A stretch of DNA of 64,000 nt from Deferribacterales bacterium (lineage in GTDB: Bacteria; Chrysiogenota; Deferribacteres; Deferribacterales; Geovibrionaceae), in assembly GCA_050253075.1 (NCBI GenBank), contig JBFWJS010000002.1, positions 256,001-320,000 on the forward strand. Direction: 5' to 3'. Below the pieces are notes generated by a model. It was given only the letters and a program-made list of their open reading frames with translations. It made no database searches and had not been told where the DNA came from. The position numbers and the translations under genes were made by a program. Shown here piece after piece: positions 30,352-41,060 of this stretch. Position 1 is the stretch's first letter; every line of letters starts with the position of its first letter.

Positions 30352-31296
30352 TTATGCTATACCGAGGACGATCTTGCCTCTGGTGTGCCCCGACTCTATG
30401 TCTTTATGAGCCTGCACAGCCTGATCCATCGAATATATAGCCGAGATGAACACACGGATGAACCCGCCGTCCACCAGATCTGCCAGCTTATTCAGCCCTT
30501 CCTTCGACAGCCCGACCTTCACTCCTTTCACATTCAGCCCCTTTGCCTCGCCCGCTTTTATCACACGCTCGGCTGTCACTGTGGGCACTGTGACCATCAT
30601 CCCCTCGGGCTTTAAAACCTCCAGAGACTTCTCACCGACTTCAAAGCCCATGTTATCGAGGATAAAGTCGAAAGGCTCAGACTCCGCGAAATCTCTGACC
30701 TTATAATCTATCACCTCGTCTGCGCCGAGTTCCTCTAGGAAAGACCTGTTGTGCGACGATGCGGTACAAACCACATACGCCCCCTTCATCTTCGCAAACT
30801 GGACAGCCAGATGCCCCACACCGCCCGCAGCGGCATGTATCAGAACCCTGTCGCCCTCTTTCACATTCCCCACGTCAAACATCGCCTGCCATGCCGTCTG
30901 CCCCGCAACAGGCAGCCCCGATGCATAGAGCAGCTCGATATTCTCCGGTGCTTTCGCCACTATGGATTCCTTCGCTACGGTGTATTCGGCATAGGCGCCG
31001 CATTTATTCAGAAACTCCAGCCTTGCGAAGACTCTGTCGCCCGCCTGAAACTCTGTCACGGCGGAGCCGACCTCCTCCACGATGCCCGCAGCATCCAGAC
31101 CGGGTATCCACGGCATATGATCCTTCACTGCTTCCGCCACAAAGCCCATACCTTTGCGTGTCTTCCCGTCCACGGGGTTTACCCCTGCTCCGTATACTTT
31201 TATAAGAACCTCGTCTGCTCCGACGGCAGGTTTATCTATCTCGCTAACTTTTAAAACATCAGCCTCGCCGAAATTGTCCACAATCACTGCTTTCAT
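30352..31296 (-). CDS. NADP-dependent oxidoreductase (MDR / quinone reductase family)
   Basis: AGVNPVD, PGLDAAG, LIHAAAGGVG, GHTRGKIVL; start moved to MKAVIV behind GGAGG. Confidence 0.9.
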   Translation of the reverse strand: MKAVIVDNFGEADVLKVSEIDKPAVGADEVLIKVYGAGVNPVDGKTRKGMGFVAEAVKDHMPWIPGLDAAGIVEEVGSAVTEFQAGDRVFARLEFLNKCGAYAEYTVAKESIVAKAPENIELLYASGLPVAGQTAWQAMFDVGNVKEGDRVLIHAAAGGVGHLAVQFAKMKGAYVVCTASSHNRSFLEELGADEVIDYKVRDFAESEPFDFILDNMGFEVGEKSLEVLKPEGMMVTVPTVTAERVIKAGEAKGLNVKGVKVGLSKEGLNKLADLVDGGFIRVFISAIYSMDQAVQAHKDIESGHTRGKIVLGIA

Positions 31297-31392
31297 CAGA
31301 TCCTCCGGTTTATCGTGCCGTTGCACAACTATATATTTTGCGATAATATCAATGTAATACATACAATCTGAGGTAACAAGGGAGGTTTTTTA

Positions 31393-31740
31393 ATGTTTGT
31401 CGACAGCCTTAAATTCATAAAAAGAACACCTATGGACATGCCCGGCGCAGTGAACGTGATGAAGCAGGTGGCAGTGGGTAAAGAAGAAGGTTGGGAAGAC
31501 CATGTGATGCGTGTCTTCACCATCACCGAAATGGGCAACACTCCAAAGCACGCCCACGACTGGCCCCACATAAACTACATTATCAAAGGCGAAGGCATAC
31601 TCTTCATGGACGGGAAGGAAAACCCTGTCTCTGAGGGGGATGTCGCATTCGTACCTTCAAATGTGGAGCACCAGTTCAAAAGCACCACAGAGGGCGAATT
31701 CACATTTATCTGCATTGTTCCAAACAGGGGCGAGTATTAA
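31393..31740 (+). CDS. Cupin domain protein
   Basis: TPKHAHDWPH..YIIKGEG, GDVAFVPSNVEH. Confidence 0.9.
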   Translation: MFVDSLKFIKRTPMDMPGAVNVMKQVAVGKEEGWEDHVMRVFTITEMGNTPKHAHDWPHINYIIKGEGILFMDGKENPVSEGDVAFVPSNVEHQFKSTTEGEFTFICIVPNRGEY

Positions 31741-31803
31741 ACCTTGTCAAATATTGCTGAACAGATATAATCAGCTAACATTATTTATACAATGGAGGTC
31801 TTA

Positions 31804-32901
31804 ATGGACTCAAATAAGGGGATGAAAAGAAGAGATTTCCTCAAAAAAGCCGGAGTTACGGCTGCCGCTGCCACTGCAGCATTCGCAGCACCCAATGTAC
31901 ATGCTAAACCAAAAAGCTATAAATGGAAAATGGTGACAACATGGGCACCGCACTTCCCTGTTCTGGGCGAAGGCGCAGACCTTGTCGCCAAGTGGATCAC
32001 AGAGATGTCCGACGGACGTCTTAAAGTGACTGTATACGGCGGTGGAGAGCTCGTTCCTGCTATGCAGGCTTTCGACGCTGTCAGCCAGGGCATGGTGGAG
32101 ATGGGGCACGCTTCATCTTACTACTGGGCGGGTAAATCACCTGCGACACAGTTCTTCTCGGCTGTTCCATACGGAATGAATGCTCAGCAGCTCAACTCTT
32201 GGATATATCAGGGCGGCGGACAGGAGCTCTGGGACGAACTTTATGCTCAGTTCAACCTGAAGCCTTTCCTCTCCGGTAACACCGGATTCCAGATGGGCGG
32301 TTGGTTCAATAAAGAGATCAACTCCATAGCGGATATCAAAGGACTCAAAATGAGGATCCCCGGACTCGGCGGTAAAGTTATCGCTAAGGCTGGCGGTGCT
32401 GTAGTCCTTTCACCCGGCGGAGAGATATATACAAACCTCGAAAGAGGCGTTATAGATGCTACAGAATGGGTGGGACCATACCACGACTATATGATGGGAT
32501 TCTATAAAGTGGCTAAGTTCTACTACTATCCCGGCTGGCACGAGTGCGGTTCTTCCACTGAGGTCTTCGTGAACAAATCCAAATACGAAGAACTGCCGGA
32601 AGACCTTAAGCAGATAGTACAGGCGGCATGCGCCAGAGCAAACGTATGGATGCTCACTAAGTTCGAGTCTCAGAACAACATCTATCTGAAAAAGCTCGTA
32701 AACGAACACCACGTTCAGCTTAAAAAATTCCCTGCTGACGTTCTCGCAAAGTTCAAAGTACTCAGCGAAGAAGTTATTCAGGAAGTTACAGAAAAGGATG
32801 CGATGAGCAAAAAGGTTTACGAATCTTACAGCGCATTCAAAAAGGACATCAGCGAGTGGGCGAAGCTCTCCGAGGCTATGTTCTACGAAATGAACAAATA
32901 A
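31804..32901 (+). CDS. dctP: TRAP transporter substrate-binding protein (TakP-like), Tat signal
   Basis: KRRDFLK Tat motif, QMGGWF, KMRIPGLG, IDATEWVGP, YYPGWHE. Confidence 0.9.
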   Translation: MDSNKGMKRRDFLKKAGVTAAAATAAFAAPNVHAKPKSYKWKMVTTWAPHFPVLGEGADLVAKWITEMSDGRLKVTVYGGGELVPAMQAFDAVSQGMVEMGHASSYYWAGKSPATQFFSAVPYGMNAQQLNSWIYQGGGQELWDELYAQFNLKPFLSGNTGFQMGGWFNKEINSIADIKGLKMRIPGLGGKVIAKAGGAVVLSPGGEIYTNLERGVIDATEWVGPYHDYMMGFYKVAKFYYYPGWHECGSSTEVFVNKSKYEELPEDLKQIVQAACARANVWMLTKFESQNNIYLKKLVNEHHVQLKKFPADVLAKFKVLSEEVIQEVTEKDAMSKKVYESYSAFKKDISEWAKLSEAMFYEMNK

Positions 32902-32924
32902 GCATACAACGCTATAAATGACAG

Positions 32925-33172
32925 TTACCTAAAACAGTCATTCTGAGGAGCCACTGGCGACATAAGAATCTCATAACCTTCAGCAAGCAATGACATATCG
33001 TCACTGTGACTGTAAATTAATGCTGACCAGGGGTTTGAGATCCCCACGCCTGCCGAAGCAGGCTCAGGATGACAAGAAAATATTTTCCGGAAACAAAAAT
33101 CCCCGGTGTTACTATAAACATCGGGGATTTTATTATTGTAGATCAAACTTTCAACACACCTCCGGAACGCTT
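32925..33172. mobile_element. Degenerate MITE copy 3 with a different REP core
   Basis: Shares CTAAAACA..GTCATTCTGAG and GCTCAGGATGAC...AAATCCCC..TGTTACTATAAACA..GGGGATTTTATTATTGT...TTTCAACAC with copy 2; ends eroded, so boundaries approximate. Confidence 0.65.
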
Positions 33173-33220
33173 TGCCCAAAAGAGTGCCTTTTTTTATGTC
33201 ATAAATTACTTATCTTTTTA

Positions 33221-34543
33221 TCAGTTCTTAGCCAGTGCCTCAGGCAGCCATGTGACTATCTCAGGATACATAACAACAACAGCAAGCCCGATGAGCTGGA
33301 TGATGATGAAAGGTATGATACCCCTGTATATATGTCCCGTTGTCACATTCGACGGTGCGACCCCTTTCAGGAAGAACAGCGCAAAGCCGAACGGCGGAGT
33401 GAGGAAAGAAGTCTGCAGGTTCATAGCTATCAGAACACCTATCCACAGCAGGTTTATACCCATGTGTTCGAATATCGGCGCAACCACGGGAACGATGATG
33501 AACGTGATCTCAATGAAGTCTATGAAGAAGCCCGCAATGAATATGACGAGCATCACCACGGCGATAAATGCATAAGGCGAAAGGTCAGAGCCAATAATCA
33601 TATCCCTGAGGTAAACGTCTCCGTCGAGCCCTCTGAATACCAGTCCGAATGCTGTAGCACCCACAAGGATAATGAAAACCATAGATGTCAGGGCTGTTGT
33701 CTCTTTCATAACGGCCTTCAGAGTGGCATATTTCAGCTTACCCTGAACGGCTGTGAGGAAAGTAGCACCAAAAGCACCTACAGCAGCGGCTTCAGTTGGC
33801 GATGCAACACCTTTGAATATAGAGCCGAGAACGCAGAGTATCAGCGCAAACGGCGGTAAAAATGCTTTCATTATACGTGCGAGCATTGCCCAGCCTTTGA
33901 AATCTGCGAGTTCTTCAGCAGGCATAGCAGGGGCAGACTTCGGACGTGTGAAAGCCACTATCATAATCCATACAAAATAAAGCCCGACGAGCATGAATCC
34001 CGGCAGTACAGCCCCCATGAACATATCACCGATGGACACATTCAGGATGCTGCCCAGAAGGACAAGTACGATGGACGGCGGGATGATCTGTCCGAGAGTA
34101 CCCGCAGAGCAGATGGTACCGGTGGCGACCTCAGGGCTGTACCCACGCTTCAGCATGGTAGGCAGACTGAGCAGACCCATAGTGACCACTGTGGCACCGA
34201 CTATCCCCGTAGAGGCAGCGAGCAGTGCACCCACCACAATAACAGATATAGCCAGACCGCCCCTTACCCTGCCGAAAAGCAGCGCCATAGTCTCGAGCAG
34301 TTCTTCGGCCAGACCGGATTTCTCCAGCATGACACCCATATATACAAAGAGGGGAACGGCTATCATAACATAGTTGGTCATGACGCCCCATATCCTCAGA
34401 GGAAGCAGATTAAAGAAATCGAGCCCGAATGTGAAGTATCCGAACACAAGCGAAACACCGCCGAGGGTGAACGCAACAGGGAAACCAAACATAAGCAGTA
34501 TGAAAAGAGAAAGGAAGAGTAATATAGGGAGCATCTCAGCCAT
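33221..34543 (-). CDS. dctM: TRAP transporter large permease
   Basis: [40 protein letters not shown]; start moved to MAEML. Confidence 0.93.
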   Translation of the reverse strand: MAEMLPILLFLSLFILLMFGFPVAFTLGGVSLVFGYFTFGLDFFNLLPLRIWGVMTNYVMIAVPLFVYMGVMLEKSGLAEELLETMALLFGRVRGGLAISVIVVGALLAASTGIVGATVVTMGLLSLPTMLKRGYSPEVATGTICSAGTLGQIIPPSIVLVLLGSILNVSIGDMFMGAVLPGFMLVGLYFVWIMIVAFTRPKSAPAMPAEELADFKGWAMLARIMKAFLPPFALILCVLGSIFKGVASPTEAAAVGAFGATFLTAVQGKLKYATLKAVMKETTALTSMVFIILVGATAFGLVFRGLDGDVYLRDMIIGSDLSPYAFIAVVMLVIFIAGFFIDFIEITFIIVPVVAPIFEHMGINLLWIGVLIAMNLQTSFLTPPFGFALFFLKGVAPSNVTTGHIYRGIIPFIIIQLIGLAVVVMYPEIVTWLPEALAKN

Positions 34544-35072
34544 TGGCTTCCTCCTTATCACCTGCGAGGGTCAGCACAGACCTTGCAGCCAGAGCCAGCC
34601 CCTGAAGAAAAAGCAGGGCAAAACCGATGCCTATGAAGGACTTCAGGATCCATCTGTTTGTCAGACCGCCCGGGTCAGGGGAAACCTCATGAAAGACATA
34701 AGCATTTTTCGCAAAAGGGATGCTCGTCTTCACCACCAGCAGGCAGAAAGGGAGCAGGAAAAGCAGTGTGCCCGCCAGATTCACGATAGCCTTGGTCTTT
34801 GGGCTGAATCTGGTGTAAAGCACGTCCACACGGACATGATTATCCAGCTTCAGGGTGTAAGCAGCGCCCAGAAGGAATATTACGGCAAAAAGATGCCACT
34901 CAAACTCCTGCACGGCAACAGAGCTGTCACGCAGGACATATCTTGTAAAAACATCGTAACAAACGATAAGCACCAGAGCCGTAGTCAGCCACGATGTGAT
35001 ATAGCCTATTTTGCCGTTCACATTGTTGGCAAAATTCTCTATAAATCTCAAAAACTTCAAAACATGCTCCAA
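34536..35072 (-). CDS. dctQ: TRAP transporter small permease
   Basis: [15 protein letters not shown], four TM helices; true start may be TTG at 35060. Confidence 0.9.
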   Translation of the reverse strand: MEHVLKFLRFIENFANNVNGKIGYITSWLTTALVLIVCYDVFTRYVLRDSSVAVQEFEWHLFAVIFLLGAAYTLKLDNHVRVDVLYTRFSPKTKAIVNLAGTLLFLLPFCLLVVKTSIPFAKNAYVFHEVSPDPGGLTNRWILKSFIGIGFALLFLQGLALAARSVLTLAGDKEEANG

Positions 35073-35345
35073 AATTTATTAATTATATTAAATAACTTTT
35101 ACAAATATAAAACATAGACGTCTTTTTTACGCCTTAATCAATTATATTTCAAGAAAAATCGGATAGATTAAGATTGCTGATAAAAAATCAGATAAACCAT
35201 CCAAAACAAGGCTCATAATATATATGTATGAAACATCTTTACATGCATATTACATGTCTAGATTATTATTACATGTCAATAACTTACGCTTGACCGCATC
35301 ATAAAAAAATGCAATCTCTCTTTATACGAGCCATAAGGTGAAAAC

Positions 35346-36533
35346 ATGAAAGAGAGATACGCAGAGCTGAACAGCAGCGAATTCGGAAGAATGTATTCGT
35401 TCATACCGTTCCTGAATGAAGAGTCGGCAGAAGCATTCGAAGCGGAAAGGAGCGAGCTCCTCTCCAAACTGAGCGGACATGTAAAATGGACGCACAGAAA
35501 TACGAAAGCAGATGCGTCATCTCTGTCTAACGGATGCAGACTCTGCGGAGAAGGGCTTTGGTCGTGCCTTTTCATAAACGGACGATGCAACTGTGACTGT
35601 TTCTACTGCCCTGCTTCTCAGGACGAACAGTGCAAACCAACAACCAACGCCGTCACCTTCGACAGCCCCGATGAATACGTCGCCTATCTGAGAGAGTTCG
35701 GATACAGGGGCGCAAGCATCAGCGGGGGCGAACCTCTCCTGACACCTGAGCTGACCGTCAGCTACATATCCGCTGTAAAGCAGGCCTTCGGCGATGAAAT
35801 GTATGTGTGGATGTATACCAACGGCACACTGGTCACACCGCAGATAATAGAAAAGCTGAAAAACGCAGGGCTGAACGAGATACGTTTCGACATCGGCGCA
35901 ACAGACTATGACCTCTCAAAGCTGAAGCTAGCCGTGGGGCACATCCCCGTTGTCACAGTCGAAGTACCCGCCGTACCCGAAGAATACGACAGAATGAAAG
36001 ACACAGCGAAAGAGCTGGCAGACCTCGGGGTGAAGCACCTGAACCTGCACCAGCTCCGCCTCACCCCATACAACTTTGAAAAACTGATAGAGAGAGACTA
36101 TCACTACATCAGCAACGAATCCGTGCTTGTCGCCGAATCTGAGCTCACTGCTTTGAAGCTGATGCTCTATACAAAAGAGAACGGCATAGACCTCCCCGTC
36201 AATTACTGCTCATTTGCCTATAAGAATAGATATCAGGGCTATGCATCACGGAAACGCTGCATAGAGCACATGATAAAAGACGAAGAGGTAATGACCGAAA
36301 ACGGATATATCAGAAACCTGACAGTCGATGACTCAGGGGAAAAGACCGTGAAATACTTCTCCGCCAGACAGCTTAACTCTGTCAGCTACAGAAACCCTTT
36401 CAAAAATATCACTCTCACCGAAGGGAAAAAGATAGTTATAGAAAGATTTCAGGTCAGCCCGGATATGCCCGAAGGTTCGGAAGAAAGCCACAGGTTCGAA
36501 AAATTTGAAGAGGGTCTCCTCCGTTACCGTTGA
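35346..36533 (+). CDS. Radical SAM protein of unknown function
   Basis: CxxxCxxC (CNCDCFYC), SISGGEPLL, YTNG, LNEIRFD. Confidence 0.88.
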   Translation: MKERYAELNSSEFGRMYSFIPFLNEESAEAFEAERSELLSKLSGHVKWTHRNTKADASSLSNGCRLCGEGLWSCLFINGRCNCDCFYCPASQDEQCKPTTNAVTFDSPDEYVAYLREFGYRGASISGGEPLLTPELTVSYISAVKQAFGDEMYVWMYTNGTLVTPQIIEKLKNAGLNEIRFDIGATDYDLSKLKLAVGHIPVVTVEVPAVPEEYDRMKDTAKELADLGVKHLNLHQLRLTPYNFEKLIERDYHYISNESVLVAESELTALKLMLYTKENGIDLPVNYCSFAYKNRYQGYASRKRCIEHMIKDEEVMTENGYIRNLTVDDSGEKTVKYFSARQLNSVSYRNPFKNITLTEGKKIVIERFQVSPDMPEGSEESHRFEKFEEGLLRYR

Positions 36534-36558
36534 CATACCTCGCATCTGCCAATATAAT
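36530..36558 (+). promoter_or_regulatory. Consensus sigma70 promoter
   Basis: TTGACA (36530-36535)-17 bp-TATAAT (36553-36558); ATG 36564 follows after 5 nt with no SD. Confidence 0.8.
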
Positions 36559-36563
36559 ATCAC

Positions 36564-37835
36564 ATGAATAATATAACGGTATTATATTACCTTTTATCAG
36601 GACCTATATACTATCAAGTAGTACATAACAGAAAAAGACTGCATGTGCTAAAAAGAGAAGTCCTGAAAGAAATAGAATACTTTTTTGAAAAACGCTACGT
36701 CCACAGAGAAGAATGGCATAAGAGATATTTCAGACTGCTCAGCGCCGTCTTCTGTGTGAATCTGATAGCCAGACGCATCGAAAGAAGGATGTACCCTTCC
36801 CTATGCGCAAACGGAGACACTTACTCCCGCTTTGCCATGGCGACCATGCTCGCACTGAAAGAATATAACAATAACAGACAGAAATTCTATTTCAACCCAG
36901 ACATGTTCATGTCCGTTACAGACCTCATACTGGAGCTGAACAAACGGGTCAACAGCTACTGCGATCACAAAGGCTGCTGCTACTCCTCAGAGCATATGAT
37001 ACATGCAAACACCCCAATGGGCATCGAGCTGGAATTCTCAAACAGGGGAAAGACTGCGGGGAGACTGTTCGAATCGGCAAAGAACGACGCAATGCTCAAT
37101 TTTTCCAAATATCATTATTACCACCTTACGAAATTCATGTGGCGTTTCGGTGCATATGTAGATGCTGAGATGCCCTTTAAGCAGTTCATACGCAAAGGCG
37201 GATTTCTGGAATATACATTTACCCGCCCGGACATCACCTTCACCCCTTCACAGCCTTTGTCCACAAGCCCCGCTCTTTCTGCAAGGCTCATCGAAGAAGC
37301 TATAAAATTCACTCCTATAAAGCCCCACAGCCTCCATGTGACATTCCAGACTGAAAGCAAATGTAAAAAACTGCCAAAACCGACTTTTGAGGATATCCAG
37401 CACATATTTCTATGCACTGGCCATTTCAAAGAAGGTGTCGAAACACGCATACTGGAAAAAAACATGAAAAACTGGGCACTGATGCGGGACAGGCGCAACG
37501 ACAAAGGCTGGGTCTCCACCGTTGAATTCACACATATGCGTGCCTGCCGTGAATTCGCCCGACGCAAAACATATGAGCCGTCTATCCTGACACTCTTAGC
37601 CTGTAAAAACATCTTTAGTTTTTATGATATTGACCTATATTCTAATAAACTGCTGAAATGGGCAGAGAAACCGACACTGCCAAAGGAGGGCACAGAGGAC
37701 TTTTTCTCCCGTCTGGAGCGGGGGCTTGAAGTTGAAATCTCTCTCCCCGTATGGTATAGAAAAGAAGCAATGAAGCGCATCCGACAGCTTTACGAATACA
37801 ACGTCGGACAAATAAACGGAGAAGGTTTTGGCTAG
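36564..37835 (+). CDS. Hypothetical protein, putative amidoligase (COOH-NH2 ligase, glutamine synthetase/GCS-like fold)
   Basis: PMGIELEF, FLEYTF, SLHVTF, TVEFTH motifs in the order expected for Amidoligase_2; overlaps the downstream GGCT. Confidence 0.5.
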   Translation: MNNITVLYYLLSGPIYYQVVHNRKRLHVLKREVLKEIEYFFEKRYVHREEWHKRYFRLLSAVFCVNLIARRIERRMYPSLCANGDTYSRFAMATMLALKEYNNNRQKFYFNPDMFMSVTDLILELNKRVNSYCDHKGCCYSSEHMIHANTPMGIELEFSNRGKTAGRLFESAKNDAMLNFSKYHYYHLTKFMWRFGAYVDAEMPFKQFIRKGGFLEYTFTRPDITFTPSQPLSTSPALSARLIEEAIKFTPIKPHSLHVTFQTESKCKKLPKPTFEDIQHIFLCTGHFKEGVETRILEKNMKNWALMRDRRNDKGWVSTVEFTHMRACREFARRKTYEPSILTLLACKNIFSFYDIDLYSNKLLKWAEKPTLPKEGTEDFFSRLERGLEVEISLPVWYRKEAMKRIRQLYEYNVGQINGEGFG

Positions 37836-38328
37836 AAGCTACACTGTTTTCACTTACGGCTCTCTGATGCAGGGTTTTTACGGTCACAGCGAATTCATGC
37901 AGAATGCAGAATACCTCGGAGAGGCCAGCCTCTGCGGAGACCTTCGTTTCTTCTGTTCCGATTATCCCATACTAATACACAATGAAACCAACAGCCTCGT
38001 AAAAGGCGAGCTCTACCGAGTGGATACCCAGACCATGAAAGAGCTACGAAAATATGAAGGACTGAAAGACCCCTTCACATGCTACACGGAAAAAGTAGTA
38101 AAAGTGCATACGGAAAAAGGCGATAAAGTCGCCAGAGCCTTTGTTGTGGCTCCCATACTGGAATTCCCCATACTTTTCACATCCAGACATATACCTGAAA
38201 GAGACTGGAGAGTCTTTGTATCCAAAGGCAAACGATTACCCATACCGAAACCCCTCGCACTCCTCTTTGGCGCATGTATATTAAGCGCTGCCGTATATGA
38301 ATTAATGCACGGTATAGGACTTATCTAG
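37828..38328 (+). CDS. Gamma-glutamylcyclotransferase (AIG2-like) with C-terminal hydrophobic helix
   Basis: VFTYGSLM, VKGELYRV, LRKYEG. Confidence 0.88.
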   Translation: MARSYTVFTYGSLMQGFYGHSEFMQNAEYLGEASLCGDLRFFCSDYPILIHNETNSLVKGELYRVDTQTMKELRKYEGLKDPFTCYTEKVVKVHTEKGDKVARAFVVAPILEFPILFTSRHIPERDWRVFVSKGKRLPIPKPLALLFGACILSAAVYELMHGIGLI

Positions 38329-39650
38329 GATTTTGTCATCTCCTCCGCCTCCGGCATGAGAACAGCCAGAAACGCACCTGCAAGGCTCACAACACCGAGA
38401 ACAGCCAAGGCATACGGCGATCCATACTTATCCGCCACTATTCCCAGAAAGCTGGTTCCGAGAGCCAGCACACCTATCAGACTGTTGCTGAAAGCCGTAA
38501 ATGTCGGACGCTCTGCCTTTGGAGCGGCATCGACGATGTATGTCTTTCTGCCGAGGCGCACGCCTGATTCCGCCAGACCTATCATCAGAAATGACAGACC
38601 TATCAGCCCGAAGGACAGCGTATGGTTTGAAACCACAAGGGCAAAAAGAGCGACACCGGATGCAGCAGCACTGATAACACCGCTGTATATAAGCACTGTA
38701 CGGCTTGTCTTATCCGCCAGCTTTCCCCAGAAGGGGCTGCTGATGAGCTGTGATATACCTATGGCAGTGATAAACATCCCCACTGCCCCCGCCGTACTCT
38801 CTATCTTCTGATTTGCAAACAGCACAAAATAAGGCACTGCAACCTCCACAGCGAGAAGGAGTGCACGCACATATAAATGCAGTCTGAATCCTTTGAACCT
38901 TTTAAAATTCAGAAAGCCCGCACCCGCCTCTTCGATGGCGTTCCTGCCCCCTTCGGTCGCACCTGCATCCTCTTTTATCGCTCCAAAGAACATGGCAGAC
39001 GCAAACCAGAGAAAAGCTCCGCAGGCGACCATATAATACACGGCATGGTTTCCGACATCCACATGGGGCTTGCCTATGATGAGCCCTGCCGCTATGGTCA
39101 GTATCCCGCCCACAAGAGCCCTTGCAGATAAAAGTCCGCCTCGGCGTCCTTTATCTATCGTTTTGCCCAGCACATCCTGAAATGCGACGGATGCCGTACC
39201 GCTGGCGGTGCTGAAAACAGCCAAAAGTAAAAGTATAACAAGAGCACCAAAAACAGGAGATAAAAATAAACCCGCAGGTATCATAGCAAAAAGACACAGT
39301 GCCTGAAGCACCCCTGCGGACGTCCACACGTGCTTCCTGACGGCAAGTCTGCGTATGTATCCCGCCGCAAATAACTGCGGTATTAAAGAGAACGCCTGTT
39401 TCATCGGCATAACAAGCCCCATAGACCACGCCGGAGCGCCGATTATGGTGAGCAGCCACGGAATGACAATATTAGGCCCCGAGACCTGCTCAGCGAGCTT
39501 TGAGCATGACCCGTTGAACAGATTCATACGGTAATTATGTTCGGAATGTTTACAAGCAATTTCGGGTATATCCCTGCATGCTCTCTCTGTATTATCTTCG
39601 CCTGTCAGTATACTTAGCATCTTCAGACTGAGTGTCATTTTGATCTCCAT
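38325..39650 (-). CDS. MFS transporter
   Basis: About 12 TM helices; FQDVLGKTI, SPFWGKLADK, GVRLGRKTY. Confidence 0.85.
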   Translation of the reverse strand: MEIKMTLSLKMLSILTGEDNTERACRDIPEIACKHSEHNYRMNLFNGSCSKLAEQVSGPNIVIPWLLTIIGAPAWSMGLVMPMKQAFSLIPQLFAAGYIRRLAVRKHVWTSAGVLQALCLFAMIPAGLFLSPVFGALVILLLLAVFSTASGTASVAFQDVLGKTIDKGRRGGLLSARALVGGILTIAAGLIIGKPHVDVGNHAVYYMVACGAFLWFASAMFFGAIKEDAGATEGGRNAIEEAGAGFLNFKRFKGFRLHLYVRALLLAVEVAVPYFVLFANQKIESTAGAVGMFITAIGISQLISSPFWGKLADKTSRTVLIYSGVISAAASGVALFALVVSNHTLSFGLIGLSFLMIGLAESGVRLGRKTYIVDAAPKAERPTFTAFSNSLIGVLALGTSFLGIVADKYGSPYALAVLGVVSLAGAFLAVLMPEAEEMTKS

Positions 39651-39956
39651 CTAACTTTCTAAAAACCATTTTAGCATAATTAATAATTAAATTAAAACCA
39701 GTAACTCTTACTCCCGTGCATGACGCATCAATTTCCCTATACACATGTACACAATAGAACAATTGCCGATTTACGCCATTTTCAAACACTATTTCCATTT
39801 CACAATGGCTTAAATTAAATAGTTCTTGCTTTAATCCGGTTAATATGTTTATATAATATTCGTGACATCTATTTAAACAGTCACTCCCACCATTATTTGC
39901 ATACGACACGATACATTTTAACTTTTGAAAATTACTAACATTAGAAGAGGTTTAAT

Positions 39957-41060
39957 ATGTCTGAGAACTCTCTGTTTGCAGCAGGGCTCAACAGGCGTGA
40001 TTTTCTGCGTTTAAGCGCAGGACTTACCGCTATGATGGGACTGCCGTATGCAATGCACACTAAGGTAGCCGAGGCTGCCACCGCCGATGACAGACCGCCT
40101 GTTATCTGGCTTCACTTTCAGGAATGTACCGGTTGTTCAGAATCGCTCATCCGCTCCGGTCACCCGGACCCTGCGGCACTTATCCTTGATCTTATATCAC
40201 TGGATTATCATGAGACACTCATGGCCGGCTCCGGACATCAGGCGGAACACTCACTAAAAGAAAGCATGAAAAACAACTGGGGCAACTATATACTTGTTGT
40301 CGAAGGCGCCGTACCACTCGGCGATGACGGAATCTACTGCAAAGTTGCAGGAAAGAAAGCTGTCGATTCACTTAAAGAAGCATCCGAAGGAGCCGCAGCG
40401 GTTATATGTATCGGAACCTGCTCAGCGTTCGGCGGTGTACAGGCTGCAGATCCAAACCCAACAAATGCAGTTTCCGCTTCCAGCCTTGTGAAAGACAGAC
40501 CTGTTATCAACGTGCCCGGATGTCCTCCTAGCCCGTACAATCTGCTTTCCACTATACTTTACTACCTTACATTTAAAAAACTGCCTAAGCTCGATGCCCT
40601 CGGCAGACCTGAATTTGCTTACGGACGCAGAATCCACGAGCACTGCGAACGCAGACCTCACTTCGATGCAGGCCGCTTCGCAGAAGAATTCGGCGACAAA
40701 GGCCACTCTGAAGGCTACTGTCTTTATAAACTCGGCTGCAAAGGCCCTGTAACATTCGCTAACTGTTCCGTACAGAGATTCAACGATGTGGGCGTATGGC
40801 CCGTATCTATGGGTCACCCGTGTATCGGCTGTACAGAGCCGGATGTTATGTTCCATACATCTATATACGACAAGGTTCAGATACACGAAGTCACACCACC
40901 TGACTTCTATCCTAATGCAAAACCTTCCAAACGCGGCAAGGGAGCTGACCCTCTCACCACAGGCGTCGTCGGCGTTGTAGCCGGTGCTGCTATCGGTGCG
41001 AGCGCCATGATGGCGAAAAAGCTGCCTAAGGGGGTCGAAGATGAAGAAGACGAGGCGTGA
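39957..41060 (+). CDS. hybO: [NiFe] hydrogenase-2-type small subunit
   Basis: Tat NRRDFLR, WLHFQECTGCSES, NVPGCPP, CLYKLGCKGP, HPCIGCTEP, C-terminal TM. Confidence 0.93.
   Translation: MSENSLFAAGLNRRDFLRLSAGLTAMMGLPYAMHTKVAEAATADDRPPVIWLHFQECTGCSESLIRSGHPDPAALILDLISLDYHETLMAGSGHQAEHSLKESMKNNWGNYILVVEGAVPLGDDGIYCKVAGKKAVDSLKEASEGAAAVICIGTCSAFGGVQAADPNPTNAVSASSLVKDRPVINVPGCPPSPYNLLSTILYYLTFKKLPKLDALGRPEFAYGRRIHEHCERRPHFDAGRFAEEFGDKGHSEGYCLYKLGCKGPVTFANCSVQRFNDVGVWPVSMGHPCIGCTEPDVMFHTSIYDKVQIHEVTPPDFYPNAKPSKRGKGADPLTTGVVGVVAGAAIGASAMMAKKLPKGVEDEEDEA

Noticed and set aside
32925..35117. ORFs 32925..33179, 32990..33859, 33069..33575 and 34374..35117
   Set aside because: They run through the MITE/REP or lie antisense to dctM/dctQ; no recognisable motifs
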